Assembly: GCA_037305845.1 (NCBI GenBank)
Contig: CP147778.1
Coordinates: 2,656,001-2,720,000, forward strand
Source: Candidatus Freyarchaeum deiterrae
Lineage (GTDB): Archaea; Asgardarchaeota; Jordiarchaeia; Jordiarchaeales; Jordiarchaeaceae
Direction: 5' to 3'
Length of the DNA: 64,000 nt
How positions within the stretch are numbered: the first letter of the stretch is position 1; each line of letters opens with the position of its first letter. The position numbers and the translations under genes were made by a program. Below are positions 61,001 to 64,000 of this stretch, piece by piece. The notes below the pieces were generated by a model. It saw nothing but the letters and a program-made list of their open reading frames with translations, was not told where the DNA came from and made no database searches.

Positions 61001-64000
61001 CAAGGACAAGCGGTTACTCCCCCCAATGGTCCCATTCTCTACATGGGAAGCAGACAAAGCGGCGGGAAGTTAGGTTTCGAATCTTCCAGATTCCTATATA
61101 ACATCATTAAAATCTTGCAGAATACATTCCAAGAAAGAGAAGGCTCTGGCTCCGAATTTACTCGCAGTCTTCTTGCTTATTACATAGGTAAACAACATAG
61201 AGATTTATCGAAACTAGCCAGCCTTTACCCGAATATAGGTGTAGACCAAGCACTAGGAGTTTATATAATTGATACCACAAACACTCTAGTTGACCCAACT
61301 ACAGGCATTGTATTTCCCATCGATGATAAAGAACAACCCACAGGATTCTGGGACTTTGGCATAACCGTCCAACTCTCACTGGTTAGCTACGGCGACGTAG
61401 ACGGCGGATTCATAGATGAGGCATTCATCATCCAAAACGACCCCACCACCTGTCTAGCTAGAAAACTGTGGCTCCAACAAGTAGACAGCCAAGGCAAACC
61501 AATAATCACAAATGATAGACTAATCCGACTAGGACTAGGATACTATGAAAGAACAGGCGAAACTTTACACTTCCAAAGCTGCATAGACGACAAAACAGGC
61601 GCAATAATAAGACTCCCGCTATGGGACATGGGATTCAACCCCAACACTATAGAACCCGGCAAAAGTGACTACGTAATCAAACTAGACCAAATATATGAAG
61701 ATGGACGTAAATTCGACACAGGCAAATTCGATTGGAGTAAGGCACAGCCAACCTTCGAAAAGACAGGAGAAGCGATGATTTGGGGAAAGATAATACCCAA
61801 CGGGGATAAATGCATTCTAAACCTAGTAAGACAAAACATAGATTATTTATTACCAGCATCGACAGACGTAACAGATGACCCTTACAGTATTTGGTGGACC
61901 AGCTCTACTCAATTAGGAACATTTAGTGATGGAACTTTACACGCAAAGTGGAATGGCGGAGATTTACCCTCCCTCTTGGATAACTTGATGAACGCTTTCG
62001 GAGTAAACATAGGCGAACAAGATATGATTCGCCTTTACAGCAAGGATTACATGCGCCCAAGTCAAGGAGGCCAATCTCTTAAAATAATGAAATGCATATC
62101 GCAGATGCTAGATGGAATGAGCATAGCTTGGATGGCTGGCATGGCTCGAAAGCCAATCAGTTTTGATAAGGTCAGAAGTGTTCTTGGACAGACTTTTGTG
62201 GAGCAATACTTTAAAGCATACCTAGAAAATGGAAGACACATCAACGATAAAGGCTTAATGGAAGGAAGCGATAGATACGCTCTGGAAATGCTTCAAGGAA
62301 GCGAAATATGCAACGTGGATCCAAACGGCGGCACCAATCGCATTAACCCAATATTTTATTCAGTCGACATAGACCCCTCAATACTAGATCAAACAACTCA
62401 CACGGGATACAGTTTACCAAGAGGAGACATGCCCCTATTCAAAGTCCCAGCTTCAGAATTCAAAGACCAATTACCAGATTCAATAAAGCCCGACGAAAAA
62501 GGCTATGTTTTACTAGGAATCGACATCCCAACCAGCGAAGAAAAAGGACAACCAGTTGTATTCATACCAATATTCACGAAAGACGCCCCCATAAGCCACA
62601 ATAATAATCCCAGTGACTTTACCCAAAGAATAACGGACACCAAATCCCCAGTACCAGTCGTATCAATTATGCAACAGTTCTGGAACAGCATAGAAAAATA
62701 CGCAGTATACACATATAATGGAAAAGAATACAAACCACTCCTGAAAACAGAAGAACCAACAACTGAGAAGACGAACATCTATTCTGATTCTGAATACACC
62801 CCCACGAGTTTCCTAGAAATATTCCACATGCTAGGCATTCTAGAAAATATATGCGCCTTATTCGCAACACACACTGGTGCTAGCGAAGATGCAAAGACAC
62901 GCAGAGAAACTCTCAGTCTCGCGTATTTCTTTTCCGAATTGAGAGGAGTCTTAGTAGACGAACCTAAAACATGCTTGGAACTATTCAAGGCATTCGGAGG
63001 AGATAAGGTGCTGGCAGAATTACGCAAAATCAAACCAATAATACCGTACTCCAACATGGCACAATTAGGATGGTTTACTCTAACAGGACGAACACTAGAA
63101 GATGTTAAAAATGCTTTCCCTGAATGTAAAAAAGACATCGAATCGCTGCTTCAATTATGTAAATCCGGAGAAAACATAATCCCCACCCAAGTAGATTTAC
63201 TAACCATTCTTCTCTCATACACCGGAGCTCAAAGAGCTATAGGACAAAAAAATATCTATCTCCCCATAAAAGTGGACACCACAGACCACACTTATAAAAT
63301 TGGAAGCGCGGTCTTCAATATTAACACAGAAGACTTAAAATTACTGGACAATGTAGGAGTGCCTACAGACGAGTACGGAATCACCTTCCTAGCGGCTAAC
63401 TATCGTCAGTCTCCAGATTTGAGTTTCACCCAACTTAAAGCAAAAGACGAACAACTATTATTAAAAGTGGGCGGAATACAAATACTCAACACAGTTGAAC
63501 CAGCAAGCATCAGAGAAGTTTTCGGAGGGAGAGTCGCCGGCGTACCAAAGGAGAAGCAAAACCCACAAATTTTCGACAATCTGCTAAAATTCACAGAAGT
63601 GAGTATACCCGGTAGTTACATGAGGGGCGGAGAAGAGATACAGCGTCCTTACTCATCAGGTTATTACTCCTTCGTTGAATGGCTCATGTCAGAAAAAATG
63701 AGACTCGGCGAAATTTTTGATATTGGTAAAAAAGAGGGAATGGACAAATTAAATTACATGGACTTACTGATTAAAGGATGGGGAAACGAGCGCTCCACAA
63801 AAATTCTAGAACAGCAGAAAAGCCTTGACAATGAATACCACACCCGCCTCGAAGACTTATGGGCACTATACCTCCACCAGAGAACCAGAATTTCCCCAAC
63901 CGAAAGAAGCAGCATGGACACATTCGGCACACTGTACCAAATCCTAAAAGGAGACATTACTGAAGAAATGGGCAACCAGCACGCGATAGACTACGTGGCT
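43049..64000 (+). CDS. Giant secreted/surface glycoprotein, at least ~6,970 aa, 3'-partial (CBM-like jelly rolls, 2x DNRLRE-like, GATase1-like, DUF2341, Ig-like domains, unknown C-terminal region)
   Basis: Frame +2 opens at 43010 (first GTG 43049, first ATG 43091). Every segment I translated is stop-free up to ...EEMGNQHAIDYVA at the window end. No track ORF in this span uses frame +2, as expected if it contains no stop. Confidence 0.93.
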   Translation, partial: MFFCALFIGADVQQMQAVQQIMDNIYQYVNMPDMQQAERDGNIAQCLNTFFQGGAIGLYEGGWPWGHGYVADVWGPDWEKPKPGHVYVYNDTSYVGGRRTLYFEIISYPYYDVNSLPDGLLRELCGNYSDPLAKPDPLVIYHRYNDEKVPWAGDQTSLSTFMGRMLLLSKLRHIDYSNPVNLAEQWSNYLDRYQFDFNDLDYIYRNFPLVLQNPWLWLQSGSSLNSLMELVGSGVNLNNFSFVSGDNPLYNFLCSVWGAEQLYSLWEANFNQTDAWQLVRFGNDTFVPLPYLVSYTHVLDEMGVLSPFGGMDSDSEIYGTDSNWNLTRNGNASLYSYEFTLSSIFNSLANSTLISDCSNDSEWNATGQNVTLSTDGYSIIVNVTGKSSNTTTLSYRLNQPLNLSNYQSLLLWFNVNATRSNFTTLKITLYDQQGNWKTYSNWTYNTSQRWERLTLDLDEPDSKNGTFGNLTNITITATPNQNLNYSLSIDDVRVSSRILCECLWNTDWSYQLLNGTGNLTTTVYGYPYVYDYPYSLGLEWNLTNVNGSAKYVYNPRGNWSLDPEGFLTFMLYGFGTEQQNATLTLRLCTDQNNSFNYSLGKVDWYGWRKISVPLKLMNKTGSANLSRLDYLEFKLDSMSNGTGKLVVSDIRVEPAQWTKVEFVVPDTLNNADKDSYPFIDLYCWNGSKWLTVGRWDANDSSASVGYSVLWSNLTLLDGTNASKLFSNQSLCLYPVGNGSKNPYSGAAGAINYTTTNKNSAGFAVMLPPPAYGNRSSVKFKVEVHYNSTGDVINTSSYPLALLYFNSTFTNLSLTAKDCYDIWLDHTFLSNWTYDNWSVNSTHTSNGDILDVWTKYKGSNANYTWYTNLSNVVDVGCYPNVYLVVKITSYNKTDGSGTNKNQLGVEIYDNVSKAWKISSTYVTGNATNYTYVWQMNSSWDVGRVGFFFNYRSSGGQQEVKIDSVKLVTVQNSSQYQENQYPLYTGNGSSVLFLNLRTAAGAGKQLREFRVNGGNVTLLSAVLSSLGNWTVDSLNSTVFVAGGDSVTIQGSNHMYLNYTFSPLLNINYSNTFMDVVYTSSYSYDENISNLTLRVKVDNNWLNYTLPPNSEESQRFRIPLNGSNLGAICFEHSTNTSEDWFSIQSINVFHLTNITQYLQTAVGYWNQTSLSVPGYSPRFTQILNATELPASLSAWAYVNGSNSSSLTVEFFDENGTFLKSDTVSVNGSNWHPVCLVDFTQPENASTLKFIVAADKLDHAYLCPSILTSGGIYEGFNSLKGWTAIGNGTAENNSQGLTVTLNNGTLTLWTDVSELGFDFSSFDTIAAAYNISDNVNASIVFDWLLVDANGNQTDYQSYVNLSKDSACAVDSISKYYKTYAPIPFPFEDCVENFSYTNFDLNRIMLNFSGTGQANVSWVQTQYIPDWDFISVTDNITSTHLYVNWLTKSLVFGGVFNSSTMGKPNWVGLMHTFLEDVNLTTNPVLEVDFRTQNTSLKLGLEVLVYDELGFQWVWKHLPASDVIFEHPVYTPAFVNVPDYLRSKDGRLYTSLRAIRLYVNDTTGNYSGLGSMEVSSVWLHPACGAPLSFLVLDDFEADDLSRWQEEAGWLLPYTDLTQWSSNQIICGGNIAYGPPGWEDDSFQTGWYSGYNYSSNGDVLTWTPSNYPLNVYNITGGTSDTEVELSTYLNTRWFRQGDTQMRLGREDTTCWVYVPPYAYPVTVYVYKRSFVRFPLYIPENAIITNAWISLKSKTNETNSFPCAINLLDSGNFPEFTSDPWDWPTSGGAVGWTVQNTTADCWYNTSNISSLVQRFINTTGYYPGKYVGFRLMDNDTVGDWKTWYTYESDPQNAPKLYVSYTVPQNYYISKEINVDVGEYPCLVFRAKCNVDNSTIKVALGTPGDRYYYKTSFELNQNYRTFAVPISNGFNATSITVFYPEFQNVKVDIDYVGLLRSVSLEGTVMNSSLSVNGGFENGDFYNWTLSQCYGCTVESSGLVAEGVHAGKITCNGVGQWLSRTVPGDNIVKFSIYKPGSFNTSSKYFFQLYDAGSGKKIIFYLVDSFDTNVSLYGDSKNKAIPWSQKSGTYKDYYIDPHALYNLYWNNTDPTQVEIRFGVEANQSSSYMIIDGFGVWDRGSGLAPNNIAIDSSMPLDNHDSLKLSYSFPSESTDVCTYTFTIDRDFSQEKYFSLWVYRDSKKWNNTLDICLRCKDGSFGGWNMTMNWTQDWKKLVLPLDNFTYQSESVVSGQLEKIVISLKDQYGYVKEDDWILISGLLFGHQYNFTLTSESYSGNGAVRIQNPSGGWVKVFASGNETGTIPFTPDELLCFAAMPKGDTPWAVMVDLTLKDGSTATLVWYRGSRPIPSEYPYDYLTQIDSNPDNWNEYRLNLFDAVKNYAEQMGRGGFQSIDKVAFLVGPGEVVFDSVLVRNVPENLDTSPLSVLSSPVIFFYDEAYPCSCGVGGNDWSLVNKTFTTLEAGLKNMNISVVWADAQETRKLMSSYPRSLLVIAGSIVPDTICGREGYSVLENFVERGGTVLFLSDDYAPVSAVGREGYETLWLNGIGLEYLLDAKSPTTELFNYSSLKPLNITMDPTEMGGSLGALNRLNASGFAWLIPYLRYQNLWVETYYYNSSEQLGRGVCVRPQDSLGYVAEFPLSMVSEGNDTGVVVKFVSDHFINLWLDTSGSNFDDYERPLPGVSDEKFMDYYGEMKAGNWTFTTDIPSEEYYASADFSASWHVYLNTSLSSDRNDSITATYSVNPNSNISISEFPFFTATILTIGNYTRLKLEAEVSGQYYTLFDDNASDWRKYVWYLPNICAEGEFQGMRVTMYENCSDGAGNASVTLTNLGAYTVAVPEYGFPKSLNVDFQNSSLYDYLFSGDSDYPFMGFKFNDTKDSVYTITREYPQPYSFLDYPYLEFASSGTEGNYTVELWLQKKCSEQSYAWYLLDCFNGSDSGSSQRVMGYNLYAKFNAYYEQFKGVTADLKGWKLILKGNAQQNDSKNCLFTLKYIALTDYYTGWRIYPGGMNYSGGQGYGNGGGSGLGMEQGLGASENSSLSPSVSSVSSSSSSGQDSPAISESVKSSGVDVSEIVSKEDYCLSPSAWSVYNSSGGVEARIVSGEYVELWMRRAIADDWAMFRYDLGEGVNVSQTNFLDFKMRVRPEGGLRLVAYVEVSSGGGLVELGEYSADGVWISWRLDVLSLLAKAGVNNSLVTGLVFKLVCEGGSGRYDCYADLSYLKFSGFASWRGGLSTLFYNDGVYSVFHFESLRGATIIYSIPPDYRGFSLTFNANYFLEKTSCKGVNMFFYDFTQGSWVNVLTLDRMESWENVSVGVDGNFVRGYDGRFLVYLAPLYSEDIDVNLRLDSAEVVATTSTQNYLKQSGLLTMSLDGTSGSGGGSLPTDLDKVFDHLGGEAVWFGEDYYHSGSSVSDWLTGWSYRKPVRVNNSGSVNLYAFQVKLTLQGTNPSQVGYVDFGKIAPDGSDIRFTAADGLNPISFWIESWNNTNKTATVWIKCPLLGNNSVTVYYMYYGFKNAESLSNGEDTFLFFDDFSGDILNPGKWIVTGNVTVNNGVVTIGGGSVESRIESTYKYGNMTIVQCRAQVSDNWSTPTQITRNYSVDGSASDSELKTTPSFFGPTTYENYYTSSSMSLGYDGFYTFYPSHRTFVRFRLDIPVGSTISNAYISLKSSINESTSGNQSDMWLLNYYNCPDFSGGTPLQDMPTAGNPVYWTLPVTYQDNWYNTADISSLIQSYIGMANYQPGSCYAGFRIGEGTMVYPLKSWYQCDSNASNAPRLVVSYIPPLNQSTISAVVSLSDYSDPDPGDVITLGRVDGNTYPGKWVGVVRDYPPSSYYVNSTGWSADTDWHVFQVEWRGANSTRLWRDSSIYDGFLNYSNVPDGDNPLRVMHETNATQRSGTKLLVDYTFVRKYAQVEPTVSYDLEQLPPSVPPASSSYVPVDRLSGSEMVHLYWHMLANVSSIDDYYLEFRLRGDVGAVFENNVQGEANAKLDLYKEFMLSLRGVIDPPVNYTAGGDYRNVNMTVRLYVQYFYANNSAIPNGTILFNETTINYLDNNNWISYVLDVPSKAPAGASKWTPLIRTVGRPADSFCHLFLDDMKCPQTYQTSQQNTSANIAWVAGDGHGHVLNCSSTGSGDSTIWDQVLNIPFSPDLMFNFDINPINGGGGGGGGWWLGLKFRVQLYEFLTSYNVTLNVTSPTSYVGPMDVNLSFENGTCFKGSLFVMEDNATHVPFTVRNQTVLGDYVLNMSISILANVSAGETKQYKIFWSDYDNPLPDLVSPNLRVVNWTDNTQGKNVSVNCTATDANMSRMVLHYYDGSANCSKDMVLKSGFYVGNFSYSGSYQFWVEAFDNCSNPMRTWTYPGNPPVLNVNMSESEVYIRDSIPAGTDSVWLYYSDGAQKCLNSTEDSLTYGYRLDCVRGGWNQFLRLPYSDILEIFTLRYESLPSWQPMVLERIEGGGLGNSSYMLDNIKWGLYPRTVLDYSSQSAMNFYFSYDPSIPVVKIVSGRIISGGAALLNATCSDIPSQTLNETTAGIGRVEYTVSNSTSVVYNSTMVKQHADNNDTTYVYTDFWYDYFDSTTLPDGFYKLNVSAWDNSGNRADDTQYIIVYNSRPKVEFLNVYDNLSVGRVLSVLARTTDVFDVTNTSLTVTNIGTGNTTVYNMKEGYFQKQNIWTYNVLFNQSGRYTLSCNATDYFGVGSDVVRVNISVDASLPSVIINSPQPNEWVSGQYLLNVTAFDDNNISSVRWRVYVIANETTGRLEIPYGYSDVWNDTSSIGGGIYTAVWNTTSLNASESLIHRYVVVFKVSDNNTIPNTVYSNVTICVDNTVPYIIDGPSVVAQNNVEEGKNVEGFTKETNENGTVIYTKFVNASLTFAVSDERLMKYYDIEHNTSQANLEAYLGCLGMTILDEYENGSRFYSDCSVMSGSNGVFFVVENYTLVSGMHNLTLTVSDLAGNTNRSIRKVDIVVDQTAPIVIPILPRTGMWLKRVINANWILGSFMGALYWLDSLFDTETSIPDWSEGVLFGVYVDDLASPVLTNTIYLDLSNRLIHFGPMTPDYYPWIGMFNDFSERGALNRIVQAINNLSDSDADLLYSFLACSGYNDLGLMKFERLYSDKVFWYGVAFTPLDFLFNILSLSCLNPTTFTCKFTAWDKAGNEGYAYSTFGIIPYADRFFLQMQGSDNCFYGYASFDAYVKTIQQEIENAHQQGNGTSQGTSSSQGNGTSQGGAVQYVDMSVSTPLSNIIVNSSSLSSGSDTLNSQSCGVCGGGTGSVSGNETGWAPVENLATVEQALNYELSGDVSFLPWMKFNFRVFGAPRDISLNVKFGVAPCVRLFFDPLSFEEYGSKDDSVLLRATPDTWNTFTIPLYRMARSLGLFNGLNAPTNISTISVSAYGERKTWERRAVFDNFWVATPVPLVEDYAEKAALSRDNYYKVLNVTKESNFEVLKQDISEVFAASYMGDFEYLAAVLGNFTQHLFPSGEMAEFTGASVRVVSYNNSLNESVPLFVVYSFPEGLENVSLLAAYNYTNIPNLDLSREAVLNANITQLCQLLAQGGGVLKPYGLSDADLAYLPYGAASFVIVNDTVCIDRLSAKPCTIQTVLATIASIAERVWNQKCVAQVVEQEQEAQQIEALRAFINEEAYRVDTFNKLLAALQWVNYMHPYNWDRKSFDTLIDPNTSPYWLSYTYASWGNATGYELLSECLANITQMLDFGDYFGAPPVFITSGEYNRTADAAGEKCVLIYKALERNPSWNYLLGAVQGEVLCAVFNDTNVLNVAKEFGRRANSTLADVYVYLTEMAFMYTRPYNTEEIMNSPALDALGQLFSGATNIVDQIGSQVQNLIQYFTAVPFVNLVSTLNALFTQKFDQKCISLGIDNYVEWLAQQDEASLNDFGDNNTYDSGTISALDPGETLGESASNNSMPTNGYDVSSSSVPPSTGQVIQQNSLYSNVNAIWDAILTNPLTIYAYEYTKSDWRTPKQGQAVTPPNGPILYMGSRQSGGKLGFESSRFLYNIIKILQNTFQEREGSGSEFTRSLLAYYIGKQHRDLSKLASLYPNIGVDQALGVYIIDTTNTLVDPTTGIVFPIDDKEQPTGFWDFGITVQLSLVSYGDVDGGFIDEAFIIQNDPTTCLARKLWLQQVDSQGKPIITNDRLIRLGLGYYERTGETLHFQSCIDDKTGAIIRLPLWDMGFNPNTIEPGKSDYVIKLDQIYEDGRKFDTGKFDWSKAQPTFEKTGEAMIWGKIIPNGDKCILNLVRQNIDYLLPASTDVTDDPYSIWWTSSTQLGTFSDGTLHAKWNGGDLPSLLDNLMNAFGVNIGEQDMIRLYSKDYMRPSQGGQSLKIMKCISQMLDGMSIAWMAGMARKPISFDKVRSVLGQTFVEQYFKAYLENGRHINDKGLMEGSDRYALEMLQGSEICNVDPNGGTNRINPIFYSVDIDPSILDQTTHTGYSLPRGDMPLFKVPASEFKDQLPDSIKPDEKGYVLLGIDIPTSEEKGQPVVFIPIFTKDAPISHNNNPSDFTQRITDTKSPVPVVSIMQQFWNSIEKYAVYTYNGKEYKPLLKTEEPTTEKTNIYSDSEYTPTSFLEIFHMLGILENICALFATHTGASEDAKTRRETLSLAYFFSELRGVLVDEPKTCLELFKAFGGDKVLAELRKIKPIIPYSNMAQLGWFTLTGRTLEDVKNAFPECKKDIESLLQLCKSGENIIPTQVDLLTILLSYTGAQRAIGQKNIYLPIKVDTTDHTYKIGSAVFNINTEDLKLLDNVGVPTDEYGITFLAANYRQSPDLSFTQLKAKDEQLLLKVGGIQILNTVEPASIREVFGGRVAGVPKEKQNPQIFDNLLKFTEVSIPGSYMRGGEEIQRPYSSGYYSFVEWLMSEKMRLGEIFDIGKKEGMDKLNYMDLLIKGWGNERSTKILEQQKSLDNEYHTRLEDLWALYLHQRTRISPTERSSMDTFGTLYQILKGDITEEMGNQHAIDYVA
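53306..54830 (+). other. DUF2341 domain plus associated beta-sandwich within the giant ORF
   Basis: WLTGWSYRKPV...FQVKL...DGSDIRF...FWIESW...VWIK...YMYYG...SNGEDTFLFFDDFSG, closing with VDYTFVRKYAQVEPTV. Confidence 0.9.
58685..58743 (+). repeat. 23-bp direct repeat encoding the linker QGNGTSQGTSSSQGNGTSQG
   Basis: CAGGGAAACGGAACCAGTCAGGG at 58685-58707 and 58721-58743. Confidence 0.9.

Noticed and set aside
43188-63975. The many short track ORFs on both strands in 43-64 kb
   Set aside because: They are shadow frames of the giant frame +2 ORF.
1-64000. tRNA/rRNA genes, transposases, integrases, reverse transcriptase/DGR, inteins
   Set aside because: No recognisable motifs seen; tRNAscan-SE and HMM searches would be needed to exclude them formally.

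Overview
Archaeal DNA, judged from GGTGA/GGAGG Shine-Dalgarno sites, TATA-box promoters and an archaeal-type CRISPR leader. Longin-like proteins and a sequon-rich giant surface protein suggest Asgardarchaeota, but this is inference. Four zones. (1) 1-7.8 kb: a tandem duplication of a longin-like/helical gene pair. One copy is two overlapping genes; the other is one fused ORF that the ORF track misses. (2) 7.9-18.8 kb: ordinary accessory genes (amidohydrolase, old yellow enzyme, HEAT repeat, metallophosphoesterase, YkgJ) and gene relics. (3) 18.9-39.9 kb: a CRISPR-Cas island with a 79-repeat array (37-nt repeat), a 2-repeat mini-array with a different 30-nt repeat, and a full type III-Dv-like effector operon (cas10, cas7-5-11, cas7-7, csx19, cas7-insert). 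It also has cas6 and three different CARF proteins, but no cas1/cas2. (4) 43.0-64.0 kb: one uninterrupted plus-strand ORF of at least ~6,970 codons that runs off the window and is absent from the ORF track. It has ~5,900 aa of sequon-dense adhesin-like beta domains followed by more than 1,000 aa with no N-glycosylation sequon found, as expected of a stalk-plus-payload (polymorphic-toxin-like) protein. All counts and translations beyond the ORF track were done by eye.
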